IMG/VR virus record: IMGVR_UViG_3300046167_000825
Span: 62,001 to 126,000 of that record
Strand: one strand, 5' to 3'
DNA: 64,000 nucleotides
This document shows positions 27,330-36,909 of the stretch, piece after piece; the stretch's first letter is position 1, and each line of letters starts with the position of its first letter. The translations under genes and the position numbers were made by a program. The notes under the pieces are model-generated. The model was not told the origin of the DNA. It made no database searches and saw only the letters and a list, made by a program, of their open reading frames with translations.

Positions 27330-27941
27330 ATGGATTGTGTGTGTAAGGGCTGTGGGAAAGACTTTCGTGTTTCTCCCAGTGTTATCCGAAAGGGTGGTGG
27401 TAAGTATTGTTCAAGGGCTTGCACGAAAAAAGGTGAGAACCGAGAGTGTCCTACATGTGGTTCGCAGTTTTATGTCAAGAACGCAGAAATCAAGAGGGGC
27501 TATGGCACATACTGTTCGAGAGAGTGTGCCAACCCAGCACGAGGATTGAGTGGTGAAAACCATCCTCAATGGAAGGGTGGTAAGTACAAGCATGGTGACG
27601 GTTATATAATGGTGCGTGTAGGCACGGATAAATACGAACTAGAGCATCGTGTAGTGATGGCGAACCATTTGGGTCGGGAACTGAAAACCCACGAGCATGT
27701 TCATCACATCAATGGTGTGAAGGATGACAACCGTATAGAGAATCTTGAACTGACTACGGCAAGCCAGCACACGAAAGAGCATCACGCTCCCAAGAAGGAT
27801 TTATCGACTTGGATGGCAGTCGCTTGTTTGAGTTGTGGGAATGTCTTCGCTGAACGGAAGAAAAAGGTAGAGAGAAACCCGAACTGTTTTTGCAACAGAG
27901 ATTGTTATATCGCTGGCAAGAAAAAGAGAGTTGTGCAATGA
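27330..27941 (+). CDS. Free-standing HNH endonuclease with Zn-ribbon repeats
   Basis: AAGGAG RBS before ATG 27330. HPQWKGG, LEHRVVM...HVHHINGVKDDNRIENL. Confidence 0.88.
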   Translation: MDCVCKGCGKDFRVSPSVIRKGGGKYCSRACTKKGENRECPTCGSQFYVKNAEIKRGYGTYCSRECANPARGLSGENHPQWKGGKYKHGDGYIMVRVGTDKYELEHRVVMANHLGRELKTHEHVHHINGVKDDNRIENLELTTASQHTKEHHAPKKDLSTWMAVACLSCGNVFAERKKKVERNPNCFCNRDCYIAGKKKRVVQ

Positions 27942-28225
27942 ACAAGTGTAATAAATGTGGGAAAGAATTGAGTATGTATTATGTGACGGTGGGCGTGATG
28001 GGGAACTTCTGTGGAACAGAGTGCCTAGAAGCCTACCGAACTTATTTACAGAAACAAACTGAACAGAATGCCTACAAGAATCTTTGCAAACTGATTTATG
28101 CAATGAATAGAGTGATGCTCTCCCAAGACCCTTCCGAAAAGGATGTCATCTTCATAAAGAGGGTAGAAGCAGAGGTTTTGAATATGAAAGACTGGATCAC
28201 ACAACTAGCAAAAGTAGAGCAATGA
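27938..28225 (+). CDS. Small Zn-finger protein
   Basis: CNKC...FCGTEC, ATGA coupling. Confidence 0.55.
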   Translation: MNKCNKCGKELSMYYVTVGVMGNFCGTECLEAYRTYLQKQTEQNAYKNLCKLIYAMNRVMLSQDPSEKDVIFIKRVEAEVLNMKDWITQLAKVEQ

Positions 28226-28285
28226 CAGATTTTTGGAAAAAACTAGATGAGGCTTTCGCCTATATCTTTCAAACAAAGAAGAAAA

Positions 28286-29980
28286 ATGACAATACTAAAA
28301 TTAATGAAAGGCGATTGCCTCGAAAAAATGAAGAACCTTGAAAGTTCTTCTGTCCCCTCTATCTTATGCGACCCACCTTACGGCTTGGAGTTCATCACTG
28401 AACTAGAAGGGAAATCACGGAACTTGATGAACCCCACTAGCGAAGCAGATATCAAACGGAAAGAAGACTATGGGAACTCGTACGCTGGGCGTGCCTCCAA
28501 CCTTCCCGATTTGGGTAAGTTCGGACAGTATGGGAAAGGGGTACAAGAGTGGCACAAGGGTTGGGTTGGGGCTTGTCATAGGGTATTGTCAGAAGACGGC
28601 TCGTTGATGGCTTTCAATTCCAGCAAGACCTCTCACCGAATGATAGCCGCTATGGTCGAACTAGGGTTTCACATTTCTATTGATGCTTGGGTATATCTGT
28701 CTGGGATGCCCAAAGCACGAGACTTAGGGGCTGGTGTAGGTTGGTATACAAACTTGAAGCCCTCTTATGAACCTATCATTGTGTGCCGAAAACAAAAAGG
28801 AGAAACTATGCACAAATCACATTTAATTTATATCGGACGGAAGCCTTTGAGCGAGAGGAACATCGCAGAGAATGTTTTGAAGCACGGGACGGGTGCGATG
28901 AACATTGATGCTTGTCGAATAGGTGACGAGGAGCGAACTTACACGGGAAGTGGTGAATCTCAAATGAGATACAATGACGACCGTGCTGGTTTGGCAGATG
29001 GGAGAGGAAAAGAACTTGAGTTCACGGTAAAAGGTCGATGGCCCGCAAACTCTATCTTCTCTAGTTCATGTGCCAAGATTCTTACAAAGCAGATTGGGGC
29101 AGAGGCTTCCACTTATTTTTTCATTTCTGAGGATCGTTTTGATAACCACAATTCGTATAACAACAACAAGGAGAACACTATGAATGTACCATCAGATTTA
29201 TTAGACTATTTACACACGATGATTACCCCCACACATGTGGGAGGGGAAAGTCTCATCATCCAAGAGGGCTTGAACGATCACGACTTCAGCCAATACACCG
29301 ACAATCAATGGCACGGTTGTATCGCTGTTGGAACACCGACAGAGGAAACAAGCAAGGAACTTATGAGAGTCATGAAGGCTGGTGCTCATTTGATGTTGAT
29401 AGCCCCCGAAGAAGAACCCACTGGTTATAAGGGTGCTTGTCAGATTGAGGACACGGGATTTGAAATCAGAGATTCTATATTTTGGGCGAGAGAAACCGAC
29501 CCAGAGAATCCCAACTTCATGTACATGCCAAAGGCTTCACGGAGTGAGAGAGAACTAGGCACAGAGCATTTGAAAAAAGTCAGTGGTGCTGAAGCCGTTG
29601 ATCGGAAAGAAGGTTCTGCTGGGATGGACAACCCCCGTGCTGGTGCTGGTAGAACAGCCACAGAGATTGGTAATTTTCATCCGACTGTCAAGCCCATTGG
29701 GATTATGGAATGGTTGGCTCGTGATGTACCAAAAGGTGCGACAGTTCTAGACCCATTTATGGGTTCTGGCACTATGGGTATCGCTTGTGTGAAGACGGGA
29801 CACTCTTATATAGGCACAGAGATTGACGAGAGTTACTTCCCTATTGCAGATGCTCGTATCCGTCATTGGAATGAAACCTATTGTGCTTGGGATAGTGCTG
29901 AGGTCATTTCTGACCTAGATGAGGAAGAGACAGAGGATGTCCTAGCCCCTATCGACTTGAACAGTTTCTTGGGTTTTTAG
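28286..29980 (+). CDS. Beta-class N4/N6 DNA methyltransferase: N module (N3) + middle module + C module
   Basis: CDPPY, YLSGMPK, IGRKPL...NIDACRI...GRWPAN, HPTVKP, DPFMGSG. In-frame AAGGAG+ATG at 28808 and 29180. Confidence 0.85.
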   Translation: MTILKLMKGDCLEKMKNLESSSVPSILCDPPYGLEFITELEGKSRNLMNPTSEADIKRKEDYGNSYAGRASNLPDLGKFGQYGKGVQEWHKGWVGACHRVLSEDGSLMAFNSSKTSHRMIAAMVELGFHISIDAWVYLSGMPKARDLGAGVGWYTNLKPSYEPIIVCRKQKGETMHKSHLIYIGRKPLSERNIAENVLKHGTGAMNIDACRIGDEERTYTGSGESQMRYNDDRAGLADGRGKELEFTVKGRWPANSIFSSSCAKILTKQIGAEASTYFFISEDRFDNHNSYNNNKENTMNVPSDLLDYLHTMITPTHVGGESLIIQEGLNDHDFSQYTDNQWHGCIAVGTPTEETSKELMRVMKAGAHLMLIAPEEEPTGYKGACQIEDTGFEIRDSIFWARETDPENPNFMYMPKASRSERELGTEHLKKVSGAEAVDRKEGSAGMDNPRAGAGRTATEIGNFHPTVKPIGIMEWLARDVPKGATVLDPFMGSGTMGIACVKTGHSYIGTEIDESYFPIADARIRHWNETYCAWDSAEVISDLDEEETEDVLAPIDLNSFLGF

Positions 29981-30352
29981 ATGGGATATAGCAGAAAAAT
30001 AGGGCGTTATTCGTATGAATGGTCTTCGGAAACATTGGAGTCTTTTAAGGGGGAGATCACTTTGGTTTCTATCAATAGAGTTTCCACAGACACAGTCATT
30101 GGGTTTATCCGTGACACATTAGATTATCGACTAGCCTTGTTCAAGGAAATCCCATCAAGGGGTGGCAAGGATTACCCCATTGTACTTCTCACACTTGAGG
30201 GGGATTATGAGGTCATTAGAGGACATAATACTGTTGTGTGGCATATCCACAATGGTTCAAATGGACTTGCTTGTCATGTTTTCACAGAGGAAGACCTAGT
30301 TCGATTGCCTCATTTGAAAACGCAAGACTGGCAATGTATAACGGTGACCTAG
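29981..30352 (+). CDS. Hypothetical protein, weakly ParB-like
   Basis: YPIVLL...YEVIRGHN resembles ParB PIVV...IDGHHR. Confidence 0.45.
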   Translation: MGYSRKIGRYSYEWSSETLESFKGEITLVSINRVSTDTVIGFIRDTLDYRLALFKEIPSRGGKDYPIVLLTLEGDYEVIRGHNTVVWHIHNGSNGLACHVFTEEDLVRLPHLKTQDWQCITVT

Positions 30353-30353
30353 A

Positions 30354-30908
30354 ATGTCAAAACGAGCAAAAAGAATACAAGACAATATTTCCATCGAGTT
30401 GGTGCTTCAAGATATTGGATATCCCGTTCGTGGTGGTGGTATGCGTGAGGAACAATTTCCTTGTGATTTACACGGGGATGGTCAAGACGGTGCATTTTCA
30501 GCACGAGTTTATCCAGAGAGTTCCTCGTGGTATTGTTTTGCTTGTGGGAAAAGTCGGGATGCCATCGAAACCTACCGAGATAAGTTTGGGTTGGAGTTCG
30601 GAGAGGCATGTGAAGTAATAGAGAAGAAGTATGGGTTGTCTGTTTGGAAATGGACAGCGAGAGAAGAAACACAACAAGAAGAAACAATAGAAGACACATC
30701 GGATCAAGATTTTGAAAGTATGCGACAGAGAGTAGAAAGAGTGTTGTATATGGTTCAGAGAGAAAAACCCATGCAAGAGGTTCTTGCCTTTTGGGAAGGG
30801 TATGATTGTGTCTTATGGCATTTGGAGAAAGATTTATGGGATTATCAACGAGCAACTGCTGGATTAAAAAGAATCCATACCAGTTTAATAGGGAGGAAGC
30901 CCTCATGA
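30354..30908 (+). CDS. DNA primase zinc-binding (CHC2) domain protein without TOPRIM
   Basis: FPCDLH...SARVY...WYCFACGKSRDAI. Confidence 0.75.
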   Translation: MSKRAKRIQDNISIELVLQDIGYPVRGGGMREEQFPCDLHGDGQDGAFSARVYPESSSWYCFACGKSRDAIETYRDKFGLEFGEACEVIEKKYGLSVWKWTAREETQQEETIEDTSDQDFESMRQRVERVLYMVQREKPMQEVLAFWEGYDCVLWHLEKDLWDYQRATAGLKRIHTSLIGRKPS

Positions 30909-31060
30909 CGAAGCACTTTGATATGTTGCCGAGCCTCCTTCAAATAGAGGTGAGGGCTTTACACGACAGAAGGTTATCACTCACACCTATCGAACGCAGA
31001 AGGTATCTTTGGTTGGCTAAGAAAGCCCTTTATCTCTATGCCTTGAAAGCCTCGTTATGA
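30905..31060 (+). CDS. Small hypothetical protein
   Basis: GGAGG upstream, ATGA coupling on both sides. Confidence 0.45.
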   Translation: MTKHFDMLPSLLQIEVRALHDRRLSLTPIERRRYLWLAKKALYLYALKASL

Positions 31061-31227
31061 CAGAGAAGCACCACCGACATTTGGCTTGGTTACGAGAAGC
31101 CGAACACCGTATTTTATCGTATTTATCTCTTATGGAATACAATGAGCGAACTGAGGGTGAAGCCCACGAACTTGTGAAGCATCTCTTGCAAGTTTCCAAT
31201 CAGATATTGCAACTGGAGAATCTGTGA
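31057..31227 (+). CDS. Small hypothetical protein (56 aa, not in the ORF track)
   Basis: MTEKHHRHLAWLREAEHR...QLENL, with ATGA and GTGA coupling. Confidence 0.45.
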   Translation: MTEKHHRHLAWLREAEHRILSYLSLMEYNERTEGEAHELVKHLLQVSNQILQLENL

Positions 31228-31649
31228 GGGGTGTTCGAGAAGCAAAAATATCTTGTCCAGAACAAGGGGATTTTTTGTTGTTGTGGGCTATCCCAAAAGA
31301 GAACAATCCGAGAGGTGTCTTTTCAGTTTTGGAGAACACGGCATGGGATTGTCTAGTTGGTAAGGTGAGTGGTGAAGTGTTGTCCCACGCTTTTCATGGT
31401 TGGGCGACACCTTTAGTTCGAGAACTCCCCCCACCACCCAAACAGATTCTTAGAAAGATGAAGGGGGAGGAATGTTGGATGCAGAAAGAGTGTGTAATGC
31501 ACAACAAGAAATGTTATCCCCACATGGATGTTCCAAATTGTTTTGAACCAGAGGAAGAATCCATCAGACACATTGTGAATTATATACTAGCAATGATGAA
31601 GCATGGTTATCGGGTAGTTTGGGTTGAGGGAAAAGAGTTTCAGATTTAG
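31224..31649 (+). CDS. Hypothetical Cys-containing protein
   Basis: 141 aa ORF with CWMQKEC...CYPH...CFEP. Confidence 0.55.
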   Translation: MRGVREAKISCPEQGDFLLLWAIPKENNPRGVFSVLENTAWDCLVGKVSGEVLSHAFHGWATPLVRELPPPPKQILRKMKGEECWMQKECVMHNKKCYPHMDVPNCFEPEEESIRHIVNYILAMMKHGYRVVWVEGKEFQI

Positions 31650-31677
31650 GATCGTTTCCCGTTTGGTTCTCCGTATA
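31649..31677 (+). promoter_or_regulatory. Bipartite promoter motif GGATCG-N15-TCCGTATA
   Basis: Exact consensus, 25 nt before the polymerase ATG. Confidence 0.75.
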
Positions 31678-31702
31678 ATAAAAAACAAACAAGGAGAAGA
31701 AG

Positions 31703-34399
31703 ATGAACCTCAATGACTTTCTATTCGACAAACATGGCAGAAGTAAAGCGTCTGCCCCCACAGCCACAATGAAAGAGTGGATGAGAGATTATCGCTTTGA
31801 ATTAGTGACAAATGACACCATCGCAAAAGTGGTGGATGAATGTATTGAGGCTGGTTTGTACGGGATAGACTTGGAAACAACGGGTCTTGATAACCGAGTT
31901 TACAACAACAGAACAGTCGATCAAATTGTTGGTATATGCCTCGCTCCGAAAGCCCATGTGGGCTATTACATTCCCGTTCGTCATCGGGAGGATGGGGCAG
32001 AGAGAAATGTGTCAATATCGTTGGTTGAGAGTGAAATCAAACGATTGTCTGAAGCAGACTCAGTGGGCATTTTCCACAATGCGAAGTTCGATCTCGTGTT
32101 CCTTGAAAACAGTGGGATGGGGATGTGGGATTCACACAAGGGCTTTGAGGATACTTTCATCCTTGCTTACTTATCCGACACGAGGATGCGTAGGAAAGGT
32201 TTGAAATACCTCACCAACAACTTGTTGGGGTTAGAGATGATCGAACTCAAAGAGTTGTTCCCACAAGACCATAAAGGGAAACTAGATTACTCTTTGCTTG
32301 ACCCCTCTCTCCCAGAGGTGTTGGCGTATGCTGCGAGTGATGCCGTTTGTACTTATATGTTATTCAAGGAGTTCCACCCGAAAGTCATTGGTGACAAAGC
32401 CGAGCCAGATCAGTCTGTTGTGTATGCTATGGAGAAGGGGTGTCTAGCAGCAACAAGATGGATGGAGAAGAATAAGATGCCCACTGACCGAGAGGTCATT
32501 AAAGAATTGATTAAACTTGGTCAGCAAGAAATGTTCGACTCATTGGAAGAAGTCTATCTCACTGCCAAAGATATTCTCGGTAGAGAAGTCGCACCGAGTT
32601 GGTTCTATTATTTGAAAGAGAACTTTGACCCCTCACCCACCCAGCCGATCAAAGACCAAATTGACAACGCAAAGAACCACGAGAAGCGAATGGGCGTGGT
32701 TGAAGTAGACACCGTGCATAAAGAGGTCAAGAGCCTCCTAGACGGTCGTAAAACGGAGATACGGGAGTTTCCCTTTGTCTATGACATTCTCTCAGCCAAA
32801 CAGTTGGGGACAATGATGTGGGAGATGGGTATTGGAGGTTTGAAAGTCACAGACAAGAGCCGAGAGAAGCATGAAGCCGACCCTAAGAAAGACTTACAGA
32901 TTAAGACCACCAAAGATGAGATGGATCGTTTGATGAACACGATGGGTGATAAGTTCCCTTTCATGAATAAAATCAAACGGTTTCGTGAAACACAGAAGGC
33001 TTTGTCTACCAATCTCCTCCCTATGTATGAGGATGCAGACGAGAATGGCGACCTCAGAATTAATTTCAAGCAACAAGGAACTGACACGGGGAGATTTACT
33101 ACGCCAGGGACTAAGGATCGTGGTGAGGGATTACACGGAGGCACAAGGTTCAATCTTCATTCTCTACCCTCCACTTATGACCCAAGTCGTCCAGAGTGTA
33201 TGAGAAGACTCCGAGAGTGTATAAAAGCCCGTGAGGGTATGTTCCTAGCAGCCATTGACTTCAGTGGTGAGGAATTGCGTATTGTAACCAATCTATCGGG
33301 AGAGCCTTTGTGGTTGGAGCAATTTTTCCGATGTTCTGATTGCGATACCCACTTTGATAGGAAAGAACGTCCACCCAAGTTTTGTCCGAATTGTGGTTCT
33401 GATAAAATCGGTGACTTGCACTCATTGACGGCTCTCTCTATCTTTGGTAAAGAAGCCAAGAAAGACCCCCGATGGAAAGCCCTTCGTGGTCAAGGGAAAG
33501 CCACGAACTTCGCTCTTTGTTATGGTGGTGGTCGTGGGGCAGTAATGCGTGCCGTTGGTGTTGATGAGAATGAAGGTGCGAGGATTAAAGCCCAGTTCGA
33601 TAAGACCTACAAGGGTCTATCTACTTGGTGGGGTCAGCAGAAAGAAAAAGCAGTGCAGAAAGGGTGGGTGCAGACCTCTTTCGGTCGGAAATACCCCGTG
33701 CCAGATGCTCTCTTGCCGAAGAAAGGTATGACACATGGTATTCCCAACAGTGGTTTGATTGCGAAAGCCCAACGGAACTCTATCAATGGCCCCATTCAAG
33801 GCACTGGTGCAGATATCTTGAAGATCGCTATGTGGCACATTTATCACGAAGCAAAGAAACGAGATTGGTTAGACCGAGCGAGAATACTTGCTTGTATGCA
33901 CGATGAAATCTTGTTTGAGATTGAAGGGGAAATCCTTGAAGAAGCCATTGATGTCTACACCGAAATTATGGCACAGAAGACAGTCGCCTCAAGACGGTGG
34001 CGAGTTCCCTTGACGGTCGATGTTGAGATAGGGAAGAACTGGAAAGTTCCGTATGACCTCTATGCTATCCGAAACGGTGAAGAAGCCATGCCAGAGGAAC
34101 TAGCCCCTTACCTCAATCAAGAACGAATAAAAGAATCCGTGAAAGACAAAACCCCCGAAGAAGATAAACCCGAAGAGATCCAACTCAAGGGGGGTGTCTT
34201 TGAGTTCGTGATTACGAAGGACAAGTCTTACGGGCTAGGCGACTGTCTTGCCAAAGTGCTGTTCAAAGCCAATAACAGTGGTACGAAACCTCTCCGTGTC
34301 CTCACAAGAGGGGGTGGGGTCATACTAGATGTTGAGGATGGCTTCCTCGTTAATCCATATATTTTCACAGAAGAAGCAACCGTTGAGGGATTGGTATGA
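31703..34399 (+). CDS. polA: Family A DNA polymerase with 3'-5' exonuclease (no 5'-3' exo)
   Basis: IDLETTGL, HNAKFD, YAASDA. Motif A DFSGEELR, motif B RGQGKATNFALCYG (Phe at the 762-equivalent), motif C MHDE. Confidence 0.93.
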   Translation: MNLNDFLFDKHGRSKASAPTATMKEWMRDYRFELVTNDTIAKVVDECIEAGLYGIDLETTGLDNRVYNNRTVDQIVGICLAPKAHVGYYIPVRHREDGAERNVSISLVESEIKRLSEADSVGIFHNAKFDLVFLENSGMGMWDSHKGFEDTFILAYLSDTRMRRKGLKYLTNNLLGLEMIELKELFPQDHKGKLDYSLLDPSLPEVLAYAASDAVCTYMLFKEFHPKVIGDKAEPDQSVVYAMEKGCLAATRWMEKNKMPTDREVIKELIKLGQQEMFDSLEEVYLTAKDILGREVAPSWFYYLKENFDPSPTQPIKDQIDNAKNHEKRMGVVEVDTVHKEVKSLLDGRKTEIREFPFVYDILSAKQLGTMMWEMGIGGLKVTDKSREKHEADPKKDLQIKTTKDEMDRLMNTMGDKFPFMNKIKRFRETQKALSTNLLPMYEDADENGDLRINFKQQGTDTGRFTTPGTKDRGEGLHGGTRFNLHSLPSTYDPSRPECMRRLRECIKAREGMFLAAIDFSGEELRIVTNLSGEPLWLEQFFRCSDCDTHFDRKERPPKFCPNCGSDKIGDLHSLTALSIFGKEAKKDPRWKALRGQGKATNFALCYGGGRGAVMRAVGVDENEGARIKAQFDKTYKGLSTWWGQQKEKAVQKGWVQTSFGRKYPVPDALLPKKGMTHGIPNSGLIAKAQRNSINGPIQGTGADILKIAMWHIYHEAKKRDWLDRARILACMHDEILFEIEGEILEEAIDVYTEIMAQKTVASRRWRVPLTVDVEIGKNWKVPYDLYAIRNGEEAMPEELAPYLNQERIKESVKDKTPEEDKPEEIQLKGGVFEFVITKDKSYGLGDCLAKVLFKANNSGTKPLRVLTRGGGVILDVEDGFLVNPYIFTEEATVEGLV

Positions 34400-34548
34400 A
34401 ATACAAAATCGTCAGACATTATCGAGATATAAATAAACGCTCACGAACCATCAAGAGGGGTTTTTCTCTTGAGGAAGCCCAAGCACATTGCCGTGACCCT
34501 AAAACCAGCACTGAAACCTATTTTGATGGCTATACGGAGGACACATGA
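34396..34548 (+). CDS. Small hypothetical protein (50 aa, not in the ORF track)
   Basis: MKYKIVRHY...RTIKRGFSLEEAQAHCRDP...YFDGY, with ATGA coupling. Confidence 0.55.
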   Translation: MKYKIVRHYRDINKRSRTIKRGFSLEEAQAHCRDPKTSTETYFDGYTEDT

Positions 34549-34763
34549 TAGACGAACATAAAAGAGCAAACGAGCAGTACTTCCGAAAGGTGCTTTCATT
34601 GGTGGCTGAGAACGGTGTTTACACCTACCCACACATTGCAGAAGCCTACACTGTCAGAGGGGGGGTCTTTTATGGAACTAAGAATGGTGTGAAAAGAATG
34701 AGAGAGGTCACCCCCAAAGGCTTCCACAAGCATATAAAGTTAAAGGGCAAAAAAAATGACTGA
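34545..34763 (+). CDS. Hypothetical protein
   Basis: GGAGG RBS. Confidence 0.55.
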   Translation: MIDEHKRANEQYFRKVLSLVAENGVYTYPHIAEAYTVRGGVFYGTKNGVKRMREVTPKGFHKHIKLKGKKND

Positions 34764-34965
34764 GGATGAGATCAAGATGAACGCAGTGGCTATCGCTGAG
34801 GGTTGGTACGACAAAGAACCCTCCGAAAAAGAATGGGTGTCGGCTTTCCAACATCTCATTGACACGGGGATGTGTTGGCAATTACAAGGGTGGTTTGGTC
34901 GTACCGCTATGTCTTTAATAGAACAAGGGGTTTGTCACCCACCAAAAGGAAACACCAATGAATAG
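34756..34965 (+). CDS. Small hypothetical protein
   Basis: AFQHLIDTGMCWQLQGWFGRTA, tiles with neighbours. Confidence 0.6.
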   Translation: MTEDEIKMNAVAIAEGWYDKEPSEKEWVSAFQHLIDTGMCWQLQGWFGRTAMSLIEQGVCHPPKGNTNE

Positions 34966-35755
34966 CCATGCCACAGAAGACTTCCTATCCGAGTGTATGA
35001 TAGGACAGAAAAAGATATCCGAGAAAGACTTCGGGCAGCAGTTCTGTCGTGTCTGTAAAAACCAAGAATGTCATCGTGCTGGTTGGGGGGAATCCCAATG
35101 GGTGCAGAGAATGACGACTCAAGTTGATAGATTATTGGATAACCCCACTTTCGCTGACCCCCGTGACCCCCAGTATCGTCAAATCCGAGAACATGATTTC
35201 CCAGACTTGTTGAAAGAAGCCATCCGTGTCGAAATCATAGAGCAGAAAGGGGACTGGAGTATTCCGAGTGAAGTCGATGTTATGACGAGCGTGGGAGCAA
35301 AGGGTGTCCAAGTCCTACCCGAACTAGCCCCTAGTTCAACTACACAAGAGGAAAAGACACCCCAAAACGGACACCCAGAGAAACCCGCCCCAATCATACA
35401 TTCGGAACTAAATGTACCCCAAAATAATCCGAGTGATAGTCTGACATCTGAACAAGCCCAATCAAATCCTCAGATAAATCCTCAAGAAAAAAAGGGTGTG
35501 TCTATCTATACCAATACCCCTTTCCCGAAAGAGGGTTTAATGATTGACGGGTCAAGCCCAGTGCAGAAAACTAACGCAGATCAGCCTCCTACGAACCCTA
35601 TGGGGAGTTCCCCAGTTCGACAACCTAGCAGATTTACTCTGGATAGTTGGTCAGCCCCCGAACTATCTAAGCCGAAAAATCTAGTCAAAAAAGGTGCGAG
35701 AATCCAAATGGGTGGCACACCTTCTCCTAATAAAGGCAATCCCGATGACAAATAA
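34958..35755 (+). CDS. Hypothetical protein (Cys cluster, P/Q/S-rich C-terminal half)
   Basis: FCRVCKNQEC, AAGGA RBS. Confidence 0.6.
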   Translation: MNSHATEDFLSECMIGQKKISEKDFGQQFCRVCKNQECHRAGWGESQWVQRMTTQVDRLLDNPTFADPRDPQYRQIREHDFPDLLKEAIRVEIIEQKGDWSIPSEVDVMTSVGAKGVQVLPELAPSSTTQEEKTPQNGHPEKPAPIIHSELNVPQNNPSDSLTSEQAQSNPQINPQEKKGVSIYTNTPFPKEGLMIDGSSPVQKTNADQPPTNPMGSSPVRQPSRFTLDSWSAPELSKPKNLVKKGARIQMGGTPSPNKGNPDDK

Positions 35756-35987
35756 GGATTATGTTTATACGATTGATCACGAGGCGAAGCATGTTTGTTT
35801 ACCTCCTCCTAGATTGGCGGGTGATATTGGTTCTCCCCCTAGTTGGGCGTGCTATGCTCGAAGTCATAGATTCAAGGTTTATTTCAAGGGGTATTCTAAT
35901 GGGATACTCACTCAAGAATCTTGGGAAAAGCACATTCAAAAAAACGAAACATTTATAATCAATTCAAACGATATGGAGAAAGAATGA
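35745..35987 (+). CDS. Hypothetical protein
   Basis: ATG 35745 overlaps the upstream gene end. Confidence 0.5.
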   Translation: MTNKDYVYTIDHEAKHVCLPPPRLAGDIGSPPSWACYARSHRFKVYFKGYSNGILTQESWEKHIQKNETFIINSNDMEKE

Positions 35988-36490
35988 ACATACACGAAAA
36001 ATTGTGGGAGAACTACAAGCAGAACACCACAAAAGACATATATGACCAAGAGGGGTCATATAACATTATGTACCAAGCCGAGATTCTTGGTGATGGTGGG
36101 CAGACGATTTCATTTAAGGCTTTAGATCGTCATCATGAGTATGACTTTGAATCTGTGTATGGGCAAGTTGATGTTGCTTTATATGAGCAAGATGCTCTCT
36201 TTGTACGGAACTTTGAGAGGGCAGTTGGAGAGAAATCTTTGGAAGGTATTGTTGACGAGATGTTCCCCCAGTGGAAAGAAGATTGGGATATACCCAACAA
36301 TGACCTTTATTCAAACTTGAACATGGAAGATTTACTAGAGGACATCTGTTGGCATAAAGATGGGATGCAGAGATTCATGACTTTCTTCGGCTATGCCCGA
36401 TTGCTCAATAGTGATATTTGGTTCGACACTAATTATGTCGCACCCTTCCATGAAGATCCGAACCAGTTGAAACTTGACTTTGGTGTATAA
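35984..36490 (+). CDS. Hypothetical acidic protein
   Basis: GGAG RBS, ATGA coupling. Confidence 0.6.
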   Translation: MNIHEKLWENYKQNTTKDIYDQEGSYNIMYQAEILGDGGQTISFKALDRHHEYDFESVYGQVDVALYEQDALFVRNFERAVGEKSLEGIVDEMFPQWKEDWDIPNNDLYSNLNMEDLLEDICWHKDGMQRFMTFFGYARLLNSDIWFDTNYVAPFHEDPNQLKLDFGV

Positions 36491-36909
36491 TGAAAACCTT
36501 CACTATGAAATATTGTGGGTGTGAATACACTTGGGACGTGGAAGTCATTTGGGAGGCGACCTCCTCATTTGAGGGCGAGGCTTTACCTCTCACCGAACTA
36601 GAACACACTCTCGATTGGGATTGCTGGAGTGGTGAGATGTATCCGAGCAACCTTCTCTATCACTATCAAAGGGTGATTGATGCTGATCTTCATTTCCCTA
36701 TAATAGTGACAAGAAACCAGTGGGGGAACATCGATCATGTTGTGGATGGTATGCACCGTATCGTTAAAGCCTTTGCTCATAGTCACGAGAAAATAATGGC
36801 TAAAGAGATAGGGGTAGATTGGCTCACGGGGTTGCCTACTATATCAAAGAATTGTTATTGTGGTGTGTGTGGCTGTGACCCATGTGATTGCAATTGGGGC
36901 AACGAATAA
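36490..36909 (+). CDS. ParB/Srx-like domain protein
   Basis: ADLHFPIIV...VVDGMHRIVKA. Confidence 0.7.
   Translation: MKTFTMKYCGCEYTWDVEVIWEATSSFEGEALPLTELEHTLDWDCWSGEMYPSNLLYHYQRVIDADLHFPIIVTRNQWGNIDHVVDGMHRIVKAFAHSHEKIMAKEIGVDWLTGLPTISKNCYCGVCGCDPCDCNWGNE

Noticed and set aside
34531-34538. Reverse-strand TCCGTATA
   Set aside because: Lies inside a CDS, has no GGATCG-like element 15 nt upstream and no minus-strand gene downstream. It doubles as the GGAGG RBS of 34545.
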